In this document: in pieces, positions 38,301 through 53,300 of the stretch
Position numbering within the stretch: the first letter of the stretch is position 1
Layout of the letters: every line of letters starts with the position of its first letter
Assembly (NCBI RefSeq): GCF_964204645.1
Contig: NW_027437435.1
Span: 1 to 64,000 of the forward strand
Reading direction: 5' to 3'
DNA length: 64,000 nt
From: Tubulanus polymorphus
Taxonomy: Eukaryota; Animalia; Nemertea
Translations under genes and position numbers: made by a program
The notes under the pieces: model-generated
The model's database searches: none
The model's input: the letters and a program-made list of their open reading frames with translations, nothing else
What the model was told of the DNA's origin: nothing

Positions 38301-41300
38301 TTTCGTGTCGAATATTCTCCCTATCGGAAAAACGACAATGTCGATGCGTAAAAGCGCTCAAATCGTCAGGAAAAGCACTTTTCGACGCGAAAACGTCGTT
38401 CAGCGCGAGAAAAGACGTTTTTTGTCGAATATTCTCCCTATCGGTAAAACGACAATGTCGATGCGTAAAAGCGTTCAAATCGTCAGGAAAAGCACTTTTC
38501 GACGCGAAAACGTCGTTCAGCGCGAGAAAAGACGTTTTCGTATCGAATATTCGCCCTATCGTAAAAACTACAATGCCGATGCGTAAAAGCGCTCAAATCG
38601 TCAGGAAAAGCACTTTTCGACGCGAAAATGTCGTTCAGCGTTCGTATCGAATATTCTCACTGTCGTTATTCGTATCGAATATTCCCCCTATCGGAAAAAC
38701 AACAATGTCGATGCGTAAAAGCGCTCAAATCGTCAGGAAGAGCACTTTTCGACGCGAAAACGTCGCTCAGCGCGAGAAAAGACGTTTTCGTATCGAATAT
38801 TCCCCCTATCGGAAAAACGACAATGTCGATGCGTAAAAGCGCTCAAATCGTCAGGAAAAGCACTTTTCGACGCGAAAACGTAGTTCAGCGCGAGAAAAGA
38901 CGTTTTCGCGTCGAATATTCCCCCTATCGGAAAAACGACAATGCCGATGCGTAAAAGCGCTCAAATCGTCAGGAAAAGCACTTTTCGACGCGAAAACGTA
39001 GTTCAGCGCGAGAAAAGACGTTTTCTTTTCGAATATTCCCCCTATCGGAAAAACGACAATGCCGATGCGTAAAAGCGCTCAAATCGTCAGGAAAAGCACT
39101 TTTCGACGCGAAAACGTCGCTCAGCGCGAGAAAAGACGTTTTCGTATCGAATATTCCCCCTATCGGAAAAACGACAATGTCGATGCGTAAAAGCGCTCAA
39201 ATCGTCAGGAAAAGCACTTTTCGACGCGAAAACGTCGTTCAGCGCGAGAAAAGACGTTTTCGTATCGAATATCGGAAAAACGACAATGTCGATGCGTAAA
39301 AGCGCTCAAATCGTAAGGAAAAGCACTTTTCGACCCGAAAACGTAGTTCAGCGCGAGAAAAGACGTTTTCGTATCGAATATTCTCCCTATCGGAAAAACG
39401 ACAATGTCGATGCGTAAAAGCGCTCAAATCGTCAGGAAAAGCACTTTTCGACGCGAAAACGTCGTTCAGCGCGAGAAAAGACGTTTTCGTGTCGAATATT
39501 CTCCCTATCGGTAAAACGACAATGTCGATGCGTAAAAGCGCTCAAATCGTCAGGAAAAGCACTTTTCGACGCGAAAACGTAGTTCAGCGCGAGAAAAGAC
39601 GTTTTCTTATCGAATATTCCCCCTATCGGAAAAACGACAATGTCGATGCGTAAAAGCGCTCAAATCGTCAGGAAAAGCACTTTTCGACGCGAAAACGTCG
39701 TTCAGCGGGAGAAAAGACGTTTTCGTATCGAATATTCTCACTATCGGTAAAACGACAATGTCGATGCGTAAAAGCGCTCAAATCGTCAGGAAAAGCACTT
39801 TTCGACGCGAAAACGTCGCTCAGCGCGAGAAAAGACGTTTTCGTATCGAATATTCCCCCTATCGGTAAAACGACAATGTCGATGCGTAAAAGCGCTCAAA
39901 TCGTCAGGAAAAGCACTTTTCGACGCGAAAACGTCGTTCGGCGCGAGAAAAGACCTTTTCGTATCGAATATTCCCCCTATCGGAAAAACGACAATGTCGA
40001 TGCGTAAAAGCGCTCAAATCGTCAGGAAAAGCACTTTTCGACGCGAAAACGTCGTTCAGCGCGAGAAAAGACGTTTTCGTATCGAATATTCCCCCTATCG
40101 GTAAAACGACAATGTCGATGCGTAAAAGCGCTCAAATCGTCAGGAAAAGCACTTTTCGACGCGAAAACGTCGTTCGGCGCGAGAAAAGACGTTTTCGTAT
40201 TGAATATTCTCCCTATCGGAAAAACGACAATGTCGATGCGTAAAAGCGCTCAAATCGTCAGGAAAAGCACTTTTCGACGCGAAAACGTCGCTCAGCGCGA
40301 GAAAAGACGTTTTCTTTTCGAATATTCGCCCTATCGTAAAAACGACAATGCCGATGCGTAAAAGCGCTCAAATCGTCAGGAAAAGCACTTTTCGACGCGA
40401 AAACGTCGCTCAGCGCGAGAAAAGACGTTTTCGTATGGAATATTCGCCCTATCGTAAAAACGACAATGCCGATGCGTAAAAGCGCTCAAATCGTCAGGAA
40501 AAGCACTTTTCGACGCGAAAACGTCGTTCAGCGCGAGAAAAGACCTTTTCGTATCGAATATTCCCCCTATCGGAAAAACGACAATGTCGATGCGTAAAAG
40601 CGCTCAAATCGTAAGGAAAAGCACTTTTCGACCCGAAAACGTAGTTCAGCGCGAGAAAAGTCGTTTTCGTATCGAATATTCTCACTATCGGTAAAACGAC
40701 AATGTCGATGCGTAAAAGCGCTCAAATCGTCAGGAAAAGCACTTTTCGACGCGAAAACGTAGTTCAGCGCGAGAAAAGACGTTTTCTTATCGAATATTCC
40801 CCCTATCGGAAAAACGACAATGTCGATGCGTAAAAGCGCTCAAATCGTCAGGAAAAGCACTTTTCGACGCGAAAACGTCGCTCAGCGCGAGAAAAGACGT
40901 TTTCGTATCGAATATTCGCCCTATCGTAAAAACGACAATGCCGATGCGTAAAAGCGCTCAAATCGTCAGGAAAAGCACTTTTCGACGCGAAAACGTCGTT
41001 CAGCACGAGAAAAGACGTTTTCTTATCGTATATTCCCCCTATCGGAAAAACGACAATGTCGATGCGTAAAAGCGCTCAAATCATAAGGAAAAGCACTTTT
41101 CGACGCGAAAACGTCGCTCAGCGCGAGAAAAGACGTTTTCGTATCGAATATTCCCCCTATCGGAAAAACGACAATGTCGATGCGAAAAAGCGCTCAAATC
41201 GTAAGGAAAAGCACTTTTCGACCCGAAAACGTAGTTCATCGCGAGAAAAGTCGTTTTCGTATCGAATATTCTCCCTATCGGTAAAACGACAATGTCGATG

Positions 41301-44300
41301 CGTAAAAGCGCTCAAATCGTCAGGAAAAGCACTTTTCGACGCGAAAACGTAGTTCAGCGCGAGAAAAGACGTTTTCTTATCGAATATTCCCCCTATCGGA
41401 AAAACGACAATGTCGATGCGTAAAAGCGCTCAAATCGTCAGGAAAAGCACTTTTCGACGCGAAAACGTCGTTCAGCGGGAGAAAAGACGTTTTCGTATCG
41501 AATATTCTCAATATCGGTAAAACGACAATGTCGATGCGTAAAAGCGCTCAAATCGTCAGGAAAAGCACTTTTCGACGCGAAAACGTCGTTCAGCGCGAGA
41601 AAAGACGTTTTCGTATCGAATATTCCCCCTATCGGTAAAACGACAATGTCGATGCGTAAAAGCGCTCAAATCGTCAGGAAAAGCACTTTTCGACGCGAAA
41701 ACGTCGTTCGGCGCGAGAAAAGACGTTTTCGTGTCGAATATTCTCCCTATCGGAAAAACGACAATGCCGATGCGTAAAAGCGCTCAAATCGTCAGGAAAA
41801 GCACTTTTCGACGCGAAAACGTCGTTCAGCGCGAGAAAAGACGTTTTCGTATCGAATATTCCCCCTATCGGTAAAACGACAATGTCGATGCGTAAAAGCG
41901 CTCAAATCGTCAGGAAAAGCACTTTTCGACGCGAAAACGTCGTTCGGCGCGAGAAAAGACGTTTTCGTATGGAATATTCTCCCTATCAGAAAAACGACAA
42001 TGTCGATGCGTAAAAGCGCTCAAATCGTCAGGAAAAGCACTTTTCGACGCGAAAACGTCGCTCAGCGGGAGCAAAGACGTTTTCGTATCGAATATTCTCA
42101 CTATCGGTAAAACGACAATGTCGATGCGTAAAAGCGGTCAAATCGTCAGGAAAAGCACTTTTCGACGCGAAAACGTCGCTCAGCGCGAGAAAAGACGTTT
42201 TCGTATCGAATATTCGCCCTATCGTAAAAACGACAATGCCGATGCGTAAAAGCGCTCAAATCGTCAGGAAAAGCACTTTTCGACGCGAAAACGTCGTTCA
42301 GCGCGAGAAAAGACGTTTTCGTATCGAATATTCCCCCTATCGGTAAAACGACAATGTCGATGCGTAAAAGCGCTCAAATCGTCAGGAAAAGCACTTTTCG
42401 ACGCGAAAACGTCGTTCGGCGCGAGAAAAGACGTTTTCGTGTCGAATATTCTCCCTATCGGAAAAACGACAATGCCGATGCGTAAAAGCGCTCAAATCGT
42501 CAGGAAAGGCACTTTTCGACGCGAAAACGTCGTTCAGCGCGAGAAAAGACGTTTTCGTATCGAATATTCCCCCTATCGGTAAAACGACAATGTCGATGCG
42601 TAAAAGCGCTCAAATCGTCAGGAAAAGCACTTTTCGACGCGAAAACGTCGCTCAGCGCGAGAAAAGACGTTTTCGTATGGAATATTCGCCCTATCGTAAA
42701 AACGACAATGCCGATGCGTAAAAGCGCTCAAATCGTCAGGAAAAGCACTTTACGACGCGAAAACGTCATTCAGCACGAGAAAAGACGTTTTCTTATCGTA
42801 TATTCCCCCTATCGGAAAAACGACAATGCCGATGCGTAAAAGCGCTCAAATCGTCAGGGAAAGCACTTTTCGACGCGAAAACGTCGTTCAGCGCGAGAAA
42901 AGACGTTTTCTTATCGTATATTCCCCCTATCGGAAAAACGACAATGTCGATGCGTAAAAGCGCTCAAATCATAAGGAAAAGCACTTTTCGACGCGAAAAC
43001 GTCGCTCAGCGCGAGAAAAGACGTTTTCGTATCGAATATTCCCCCTATCGGAAAAACGACAATGTCGATGCGTAAAAGCGCTCAAATCGTAAGGAAAAGC
43101 ACTTTTCGACCCGAAAACGTAGTTCAGCGCGAGAAAAGTCGTTTTCGTATCGAATATTCTCACTATCGGTAAAACGACAATGTCGATGCGTAAAAGCGCT
43201 CAAATCGTCAGGAAAAGCACTTTTCGACGCGAAAACGTCGTTCAGCGCGAGAAAAGACGTTTTCGTGTCGAATATTCTCCCTATCGGTAAAACGACAATG
43301 TCGATGCGTAAAAGCGCTCAAATCGTCAGGAAAAGCACTTTTCGACGCGAAAACGTAGTTCAGCGCGAGAAAAGACGTTTTCTTATCGAATATTCCCCCT
43401 ATCGGAATAACGACAATGTCGATGCGTAAAAGCGCTCAAATCGTCAGGAAAAGCACTTTTCGACGCGAAAACGTCGTTCAGCGGGAGAAAAGACGTTTTC
43501 GTATCGAATATTCTCACTATCGGTAAAACGACAATGTCGATGCGTAAAAGCGCTCAAATCGTCAGGAAAAGCACTTTTCGACGCGAAAACGTCGCTCAGC
43601 GCGAGAAAAGACGTTTTCGTATCGAATATTCGCCCTATCGTAAAAACGACAATGCCGATGCGTAAAAGCGCTCAAATCGTCAGGAAAAGCACTTTTCGAC
43701 GCCAAAACGTCGTTCGGCGCGAGAAAAGACGTTTTCGTATTGAATATTCTCCCTATCAGAAAAACGACAATGTCGATGCGTAAAAGCGCTCAAATCGTCA
43801 GGAAAAGCACTTTTCGACGCGAAAACGTCGCTCAGCGCGAGAAAAGACGTTTTCGTATGGAATATTCGCCCTATCGTAAAAACGACAATGCCGATGCGTA
43901 AAAGCGCTCAAATCGTCAGGAAAAGCACTTTTCGACGCGAAAACGTCGTTCAGCGGGAGAAAAGACGTTTTCGTATCGAATATTCTCACTATCGGTAAAA
44001 CGACAATGTCGATGCGTAAAAGCGGTCAAATCGTCAGGAAAAGCACTTTTCGACGCGAAAACGTCGCTCAGCGCGAGAAAAGACGTTTTCGTATCGAATA
44101 TTCGCCCTATCGTAAAAACGACAATGCCGATGCGTAAAAGCGCTCAAATCGTCAGGAAAAGCACTTTTCGACGCGAAAACGTCGTTCAGCGGGAGAAAAG
44201 ACGTTTTCGTATCGAATATTCTCACTATCGGTAAAACGACAATGTCGATGCGTAAAAGCGCTCAAATCGTCAGGAAAAGCACTTTTCGACGCGAAAACGT

Positions 44301-47300
44301 CGTTCAGCGCGAGAAAAGACGTTTTCGTATCGAATATTCCCCCTATCGGTAAAACGACAATGTCGATGCGTAAAAGCGCTCAAATCGTCAGGAAAAGCAC
44401 TTTTCGACGCGAAAACGTCGTTCGGCGCGAGAAAAGACGTTTTCGTGTCGAATATTCTCCCTATCGGAAAAACGACAATGCCGATGCGTAAAAGCGCTCA
44501 AATCGTCAGGAAAGGCACTTTTCGACGCGAAAACGTCGTTCAGCGCGAGAAAAGACGTTTTCGTATCGAATATTCTCCCTATCAGAAAAACGACAATGTC
44601 GATGCGTAAAAGCGCTCAAATCGTCAGGAAAAGCACTTTTCGACGCGAAAACGTCGCTCAGCGCGAGAAAAGACGTTTTCGTATGGAATATTCGCCCTAT
44701 CGTAAAAACGACAATGCCGATGCGTAAAAGCGCTCAAATCGTCAGGAAAAGCACTTTTCGACGCGAAAACGTCGTTCAGCACGAGAAAAGACGTTTTCTT
44801 ATCGTATATTCCCCCTATCGGAAAAACGACAATGCCGATGCGTAAAAGCGCTCAAATCGTCAGGGAAAGCACTTTTCGACGCGAAAACGTCGTTCAGCGC
44901 GAGAAAAGACGTTTTCTTATCGTATATTCCCCCTATCGGAAAAACGACAATGTCGATGCGTAAAAGCGCTCAAATCGTAAGGAAAAGCACTTTTCGACCC
45001 GAAAACGTAGTTCAGCGCGAGAAAAGTCGTTTTCGTATCGAATATTCTCACTATCGGTAAAACGACAATGTCGATGCGTAAAAGCGCTCAAATCGTCAGG
45101 AAAAGCACTTTTCGACGCGAAAACGTCGTTCAGCGCGAGAAAAGACGTTTTCGTGTCGAATATTCTCCCTATCGGTAAAACGACAATGTCGATGCGTAAA
45201 AGCGCTCAAATCGTCAGGAAAAGCACTTTTCGACGCGAAAACGTAGTTCAGCGCGAGAAAAGACGTTTTCTTATCGAATATTCCCCCTATCGGAAAAACG
45301 ACAATGTCGATGCGTAAAAGCGCTCAAATCGTCAGGAAAAGCACTTTTCGACGCGAAAACGTCGTTCAGCGGGAAAAAAGACGTTTTCGTATCGAATATT
45401 CTCACTATCGGTAAAACGACAATGTCGATGCGTAAAAGCGCTCAAATCGTCAGGAAAAGCACTTTTCGACGCGAAAACGTCGCTCAGCGCGAGAAAAGAC
45501 GTTTTCGTATCGAATATTCGCCCTATCGTAAAAACGACAATGCCGATGCGTAAAAGCGCTCAAATCGTCAAGAAAAGCACTTTTCGACGCCAAAACGTCG
45601 TTCGGCGCGAGAAAAGACGTTTTCGTATTGAATATTCTCCCTATCAGAAAAACGACAATGTCGATGCGTAAAAGCGCTCAAATCGTCAGGAAAAGCACTT
45701 TTCGACGCGAAAACGTCGCTCAGCGCGAGAAAAGACGTTTTCGTATGGAATATTCGCCCTATCGTAAAAACGACAATGCCGATGCGTAAAAGCGCTCAAA
45801 TCGTCAGGAAAAGCACTTTTCGACGCGAAAACGTCGTTCAGCGCGAGAAAAGACCTTTTCGTATCGAATATTCCCCCTATCGGAAAAACGACAATGTCGA
45901 TGCGTAAAAGCGCTCAAATCGTCAGGAAAAGCACTTTTCGACCCGAAAACGTCGTTCAGCGCGAGAAAAGTCGTTTTCGTATCGAATATTCTCACTATCG
46001 GTAAAACGACAATGTCGATGCGTAAAAGCGCTCAAATCGTCAGGAAAAGCACTTTTCGACGCGAAAACGTCGTTCAGCGCGAGAAACGACGTTTTCGTAT
46101 CGAATATTCTCCCTATCGGAAAAACGACAATGTCGATGCGTAAAAGCGCTCAAATCGTCAGGAAAAGCACTTTTCGACGCGAAAACGTAGTTCAGCGCGA
46201 GAAAAGACGTTTTCTTATCGAATATTCCCCCTATCGGAAAAACGACAATGCCGATGCGTAAAAGCGCTCAAATCGTCAGGAAAAGCACTTTTCGACGCGA
46301 AAACGTCGCTCAGCGCGAGAAAGACGTTTTCGTATCGAATATTCCCCCTATCGGAAAAACGACAATGTCGATGCGTAAAAGCGCTCAAATCGTCAGGAAA
46401 AGCACTTTTCGACGCGAAAACGTCGTTCAGCGGGAGAAAAGACGTTTTCGTATCGAATATTCTCACTATCGGTAAAACGACAATGTCGATGCGTAAAAGC
46501 GCTCAAATCGTCAGGAAAAGCACTTTTCGACGCGAAAACGTCGCTCAGCGCGAGAAAAGACGTTTTCGTATCGAATATTCGCCCTATCGTAAAAACGACA
46601 ATGCCGATGCGTAAAAGCGCTCAAATCGTCAAGAAAAGCACTTTTCGACGCCAAAACGTCGTTCGGCGCGAGAGAAGACGTTTTCGTATTGAATATTCTC
46701 CCTATCAGAAAAACGACAATGTCGATGCGTAAAAGCGCTCAAATCGTCAGGAAAAGCACTTTTCGACGCGAAAACGTCGCTCAGCGCGAGAAAAGACGTT
46801 TTCGTATGGAATATTCGCCCTATCGTAAAAACGACAATGCCGATGCGTAAAAGCGCTCAAATCGTCAGGAAAAGCACTTTTCGACGCGAAAACGTCGTTC
46901 AGCGCGAGAAAAGACCTTTTCGTATCGAATATTCCCCCTATCGGAAAAACGACAATGTCGATGCGTAAAAGCGCTCAAATCGTAAGGAAAAGCACTTTTC
47001 GACCCGAAAACGTAGTTCAGCGCGAGAAAAGTCGTTTTCGTATCGAATATTCTCACTATCGGTAAAACGACAATGTCGATGCGTATAAGCGCTCAAATCG
47101 TCAGGAAAAGCACTTTTCGACGCGAAAACGTAGTTCAGCGCGAGAAAAGACGTTTTCTTATCGAATATTCCCCCTATCGGAAAAACGACAATGTCGATGC
47201 GTAAAAGCGCTCAAATCGTCAGGAAAAGCACTTTTCGACGCGAAAACGTCGCTCAGCGCGAGAAAAGACGTTTTCGTATCGAATATTCTCCCTATCGTAA

Positions 47301-50300
47301 AAACGACAATGCCGATGCGTAAAAGCGCTCAAATCGTCAGGAAAAGCACTTTTCGACGCGAAAACGTCGTTCAGCACGAGAAAAGACGTTTTCTTATCGT
47401 ATATTCCCCCTATCAGAAAAACAACAATGTCGATGCGTAAAAGCGCTCAAATCATAAGGAAAAGCACTTTTCGACGCGAAAACGTCGTTCAGCACGAGAA
47501 AAGACGTTTTCTTATCGTATATTCCCCCTATCGGAAAAACGACAATGCCGATGCGTAAAAGCGCTCAAATCGTCAGGGAAAGCACTTTTCGACGCGAAAA
47601 CGTCGTTCAGCGCGAGAAAAGACGTTTTCTTATCGTATATTCCCCCTATCGGAAAAACGACAATGTCGATGCGTAAAAGCGCTCAAATCGTAAGGAAAAG
47701 CACTTTTCGACCCGAAAACGTAGTTCAGCGCGAGAAAAGTCGTTTTCGTATCGAATATTCTCACTATCGGTAAAACGACAATGTCGATGCGTAAAAGCGC
47801 TCAAATCGTCAGGAAAAGCACTTTTCGACGCGAAAACGTCGTTCAGCGCGAGAAAAGACGTTTTCGTGTCGAATATTCTCCCTATCGGTAAAACGACAAT
47901 GTCGATGCGTAAAAGCGCTCAAATCGTCAGGAAAAGCACTTTTCGACGCGAAAACGTAGTTCAGCGCGAGAAAAGACGTTTTCTTATCGAATATTCCCCC
48001 TATCGGAAAAACGACAATGTCGATGCGTAAAAGCGCTCAAATCGTCAGGAAAAGCACTTTTCGACGCGAAAACGTCGTTCAGCGGGAAAAAAGACGTTTT
48101 CGTATCGAATATTCTCACTATCGGTAAAACGACAATGTCGATGCGTAAAAGCGCTCAAATCGTCAGGAAAAGCACTTTTCGACGCGAAAACGTCGCTCAG
48201 CGCGAGAAAAGACGTTTTCGTATCGAATATTCGCCCTATCGTAAAAACGACAATGCCGATGCGTAAAAGCGCTCAAATCGTCAAGAAAAGCACTTTTCGA
48301 CGCCAAAACGTCGTTCGGCGCGAGAAAAGACGTTTTCGTATTGAATATTCTCCCTATCAGAAAAACGACAATGTCGATGCGTAAAAGCGCTCAAATCGTC
48401 AGGAAAAGCACTTTTCGACGCGAAAACGTCGCTCAGCGCGAGAAAAGACGTTTTCGTATGGAATATTCGCCCTATCGTAAAAACGACAATGCCGATGCGT
48501 AAAAGCGCTCAAATCGTCAGGAAAAGCACTTTTCGACGCGAAAACGTCGTTCAGCGCGAGAAAAGACCTTTTCGTATCGAATATTCCCCCTATCGGAAAA
48601 ACGACAATGTCGATGCGTAAAAGCGCTCAAATCGTCAGGAAAAGCACTTTTCGACCCGAAAACGTCGTTCAGCGCGAGAAAAGTCGTTTTCGTATCGAAT
48701 ATTCTCACTATCGGTAAAACGACAATGTCGATGCGTAAAAGCGCTCAAATCGTCAGGAAAAGCACTTTTCGACGCGAAAACGTCGTTCAGCGCGAGAAAC
48801 GACGTTTTCGTATCGAATATTCTCCCTATCGGAAAAACGACAATGTCGATGCGTAAAAGCGCTCAAATCGTCAGGAAAAGCACTTTTCGACGCGAAAACG
48901 TAGTTCAGCGCGAGAAAAGACGTTTTCTTATCGAATATTCCCCCTATCGGAAAAACGACAATGCCGATGCGTAAAAGCGCTCAAATCGTCAGGAAAAGCA
49001 CTTTTCGACGCGAAAACGTCGCTCAGCGCGAGAAAGACGTTTTCGTATCGAATATTCCCCCTATCGGAAAAACGACAATGTCGATGCGTAAAAGCGCTCA
49101 AATCGTCAGGAAAAGCACTTTTCGACGCGAAAACGTCGTTCAGCGGGAGAAAAGACGTTTTCGTATCGAATATTCTCACTATCGGTAAAACGACAATGTC
49201 GATGCGTAAAAGCGCTCAAATCGTCAGGAAAAGCACTTTTCGACGCGAAAACGTCGCTCAGCGCGAGAAAAGACGTTTTCGTATCGAATATTCGCCCTAT
49301 CGTAAAAACGACAATGCCGATGCGTAAAAGCGCTCAAATCGTCAAGAAAAGCACTTTTCGACGCCAAAACGTCGTTCGGCGCGAGAGAAGACGTTTTCGT
49401 ATTGAATATTCTCCCTATCAGAAAAACGACAATGTCGATGCGTAAAAGCGCTCAAATCGTCAGGAAAAGCACTTTTCGACGCGAAAACGTCGCTCAGCGC
49501 GAGAAAAGACGTTTTCGTATGGAATATTCGCCCTATCGTAAAAACGACAATGCCGATGCGTAAAAGCGCTCAAATCGTCAGGAAAAGCACTTTTCGACGC
49601 GAAAACGTCGTTCAGCGCGAGAAAAGACCTTTTCGTATCGAATATTCCCCCTATCGGAAAAACGACAATGTCGATGCGTAAAAGCGCTCAAATCGTCAGG
49701 AAAAGCACTTTTCGACCCGAAAACGTCGTTCAGCGCGAGAAAAGTCGTTTTCGTATCGAATATTCTCACTATCGGTAAAACGACAATGTCGATGCGTAAA
49801 AGCGCTCAAATCGTCAGGAAAAGCACTTTTCGACGCGAAAACGTCGTTCAGCGCGAGAAACGACGTTTTCGTATCGAATATTCTCCCTATCGGAAAAACG
49901 ACAATGTCGATGCGTAAAAGCGCTCAAATCGTCAGGAAAAGCACTTTTCGACGCGAAAACGTAGTTCAGCGCGAGAAAAGACGTTTTCTTATCGAATATT
50001 CCCCCTATCGGAAAAACGACAATGCCGATGCGTAAAAGCGCTCAAATCGTCAGGAAAAGCACTTTTCGACGCGAAAACGTCGCTCAGCGCGAGAAAGACG
50101 TTTTCGTATCGAATATTCCCCCTATCGGAAAAACGACAATGTCGATGCGTAAAAGCGCTCAAATCGTCAGGAAAAGCACTTTTCGACGCGAAAACGTCGT
50201 TCAGCGGGAGAAAAGACGTTTTCGTATCGAATATTCTCACTATCGGTAAAACGACAATGTCGATGCGTAAATGCGGTCAAATCGTCAGGAAAAGCACTTT

Positions 50301-53300
50301 TCGACGCGAAAACGTCGCTCAGCGCGAGAAAAGACGTTTTCGTATCGAATATTCGCCCTATCGTAAAAACGACAATGCCGATGCGTAAAAGCGCTCAAAT
50401 CGTCAGGAAAAGCACTTTTCGACGCCAAAACGTCGTTCGGCGCGAGAAAAGACGTTTTCGTATTGAATATTCTCCCTATCAGAAAAACGACAATGTCGAT
50501 GCGTAAAAGCGCTCAAATCGTCAGGAAAAGCACTTTTCGACGCGAAAACGTCGCTCAGCGCGAGAAAAGACGTTTTCGTATGGAATATTCGCCCTATCGT
50601 AAAAACGACAATGCCGATGCGTAAAAGCGCTCAAATCGTCAGGGAAAGCACTTTTCGACGCGAAAACGTCGTTCAGCGCGAGAAAAGACGTTTTCTTATC
50701 GTATATTCCCCCTATCGGAAAAACGACAATGTCGATGCGTAAAAGCGCTCAAATCATAAGGAAAAGCACTTTTCGACGCGAAAACGTCGCTCAGCGCGAG
50801 AAAAGACGTTTTCGTATCGAATATTCCCCCTATCGGAAAAACGACAATGCCGATGCGTAAAAGCGCTCAAATCGTCAGGGAAAGCACTTTTCGACGCGAA
50901 AACGTCGTTCAGCGCGAGAAAAGACGTTTTCTTATCGTATATTCCCCCTATCGGAAAAACGACAATGTCGATGCGTAAAAGCGCTCAAATCATAAGGAAA
51001 AGCACTTTTCGACGCGAAAACGTCGCTCAGCGCGAGAAAAGACGTTTTCGTATCGAATATTCCCCCTATCGGAAAAACGACAATGTCGATGCGTAAAAGC
51101 GCTCAAATCGTAAGGAAAAGCACTTTTCGACCCGAAAACGTAGTTCAGCGCGAGAAAAGTCGTTTTCGTATCGAATATTCTCACTATCGGTAAAACGACA
51201 ATGTCGATGCGTAAAAGCGCTCAAATCGTCAGGAAAAGCACTTTTCGACGCGAAAACGTCGTTCAGCGCGAGAAAAGACGTTTTCGTGTCGAATATTCTC
51301 CCTATCGGTAAAACGACAATGTCGATGCGTAAAAGCGCTCAAATCGTCAGGAAAAGCACTTTTCGACGCGAAAACGTAGTTCAGCGCGAGAAAAGACGTT
51401 TTCTTATCGAATATTCCCCCTATCGGAAAAACGACAATGTCGATGCGTAAAAGCGCTCAAATCGTCAGGAAAAGCACTTTTCGACGCGAAAACGTCGTTC
51501 AGCGGGAGAAAAGACGTTTTCGTATCGAATATTCTCACTATCGGTAAAACGACAATGTCGATGCGTAAAAGCGCTCAAATCGTCAGGAAAAGCACTTTTC
51601 GACGCGAAAACGTCGCTCAGCGCGAGAAAAGACGTTTTCGTATCGAATATTCGCCCTATCGTAAAAACGACAATGCCGATGCGTAAAAGCGCTCAAATCG
51701 TCAGGAAAAGCACTTTTCGACGCCAAAACGTCGTTCGGCGCGAGAAAAGACGTTTTCGTATTGAATATTCTCCCTATCAGAAAAACGACAATGTCGATGC
51801 GTAAAAGCGCTCAAATCGTCAGGAAAAGCACTTTTCGACGCGAAAACGTCGCTCAGCGCGAGAAAAGACGTTTTCGTATGGAATATTCGCCCTATCGTAA
51901 AAACGACAATGCCGATGCGTAAAAGCGCTCAAATCGTCAGGAAAAGCACTTTTCGACGCGAAAACGTCGTTCAGCGGGAGAAAAGACGTTTTCGTATCGA
52001 ATATTCTCACTATCGGTAAAACGACAATGTCGATGCGTAAAAGCGGTCAAATCGTCAGGAAAAGCACTTTTCGACGCGAAAACGTCGCTCAGCGCGAGAA
52101 AAGACGTTTTCGTATCGAATATTCGCCCTATCGTAAAAACGACAATGCCGATGCGTAAAAGCGCTCAAATCGTCAGGAAAAGCACTTTTCGACGCGAAAA
52201 CGTCGTTCAGCGGGAGAAAAGACGTTTTCGTATCGAATATTCTCACTATCGGTAAAACGACAATGTCGATGCGTAAAAGCGCTCAAATCGTCAGGAAAAG
52301 CACTTTTCGACGCGAAAACGTCGTTCAGCGCGAGAAAAGACGTTTTCGTATCGAATATTCCCCCTATCGGTAAAACGACAATGTCGATGCGTAAAAGCGC
52401 TCAAATCGTCAGGAAAAGCACTTTTCGACGCGAAAACGTCGTTCGGCGCGAGAAAAGACGTTTTCGTGTCGAATATTCTCCCTATCGGAAAAACGACAAT
52501 GCCGATGCGTAAAAGCGCTCAAATCGTCAGGAAAGGCACTTTTCGACGCGAAAACGTCGTTCAGCGCGAGAAAAGACGTTTTCGTATCGAATATTCTCCC
52601 TATCAGAAAAACGACAATGTCGATGCGTAAAAGCGCTCAAATCGTCAGGAAAAGCACTTTTCGACGCGAAAACGTCGCTCAGCGCGAGAAAAGACGTTTT
52701 CGTATGGAATATTCGCCCTATCGTAAAAACGACAATGCCGATGCGTAAAAGCGCTCAAATCGTCAGGAAAAGCACTTTTCGACGCGAAAACGTCGTTCAG
52801 CACGAGAAAAGACGTTTTCTTATCGTATATTCCCCCTATCGGAAAAACGACAATGCCGATGCGTAAAAGCGCTCAAATCGTCAGGGAAAGCACTTTTCGA
52901 CGCGAAAACGTCGTTCAGCGCGAGAAAAGACGTTTTCTTATCGTATATTCCCCCTATCGGAAAAACGACAATGTCGATGCGTAAAAGCGCTCAAATCGTC
53001 AGGAAAAGCACTTTTCGACGCGAAAACGTCGTTCAGCGCGAGAAAAGACGTTTTCGTGTCGAATATTCTCCCTATCGGTAAAACGACAATGTCGATGCGT
53101 AAAAGCGCTCAAATCGTCAGGAAAAGCACTTTTCGACGCGAAAACGTAGTTCAGCGCGAGAAAAGACGTTTTCTTATCGAATATTCCCCCTATCGGAAAA
53201 ACGACAATGTCGATGCGTAAAAGCGCTCAAATCGTCAGGAAAAGCACTTTTCGACGCGAAAACGTCGTTCAGCGGGAAAAAAGACGTTTTCGTATCGAAT

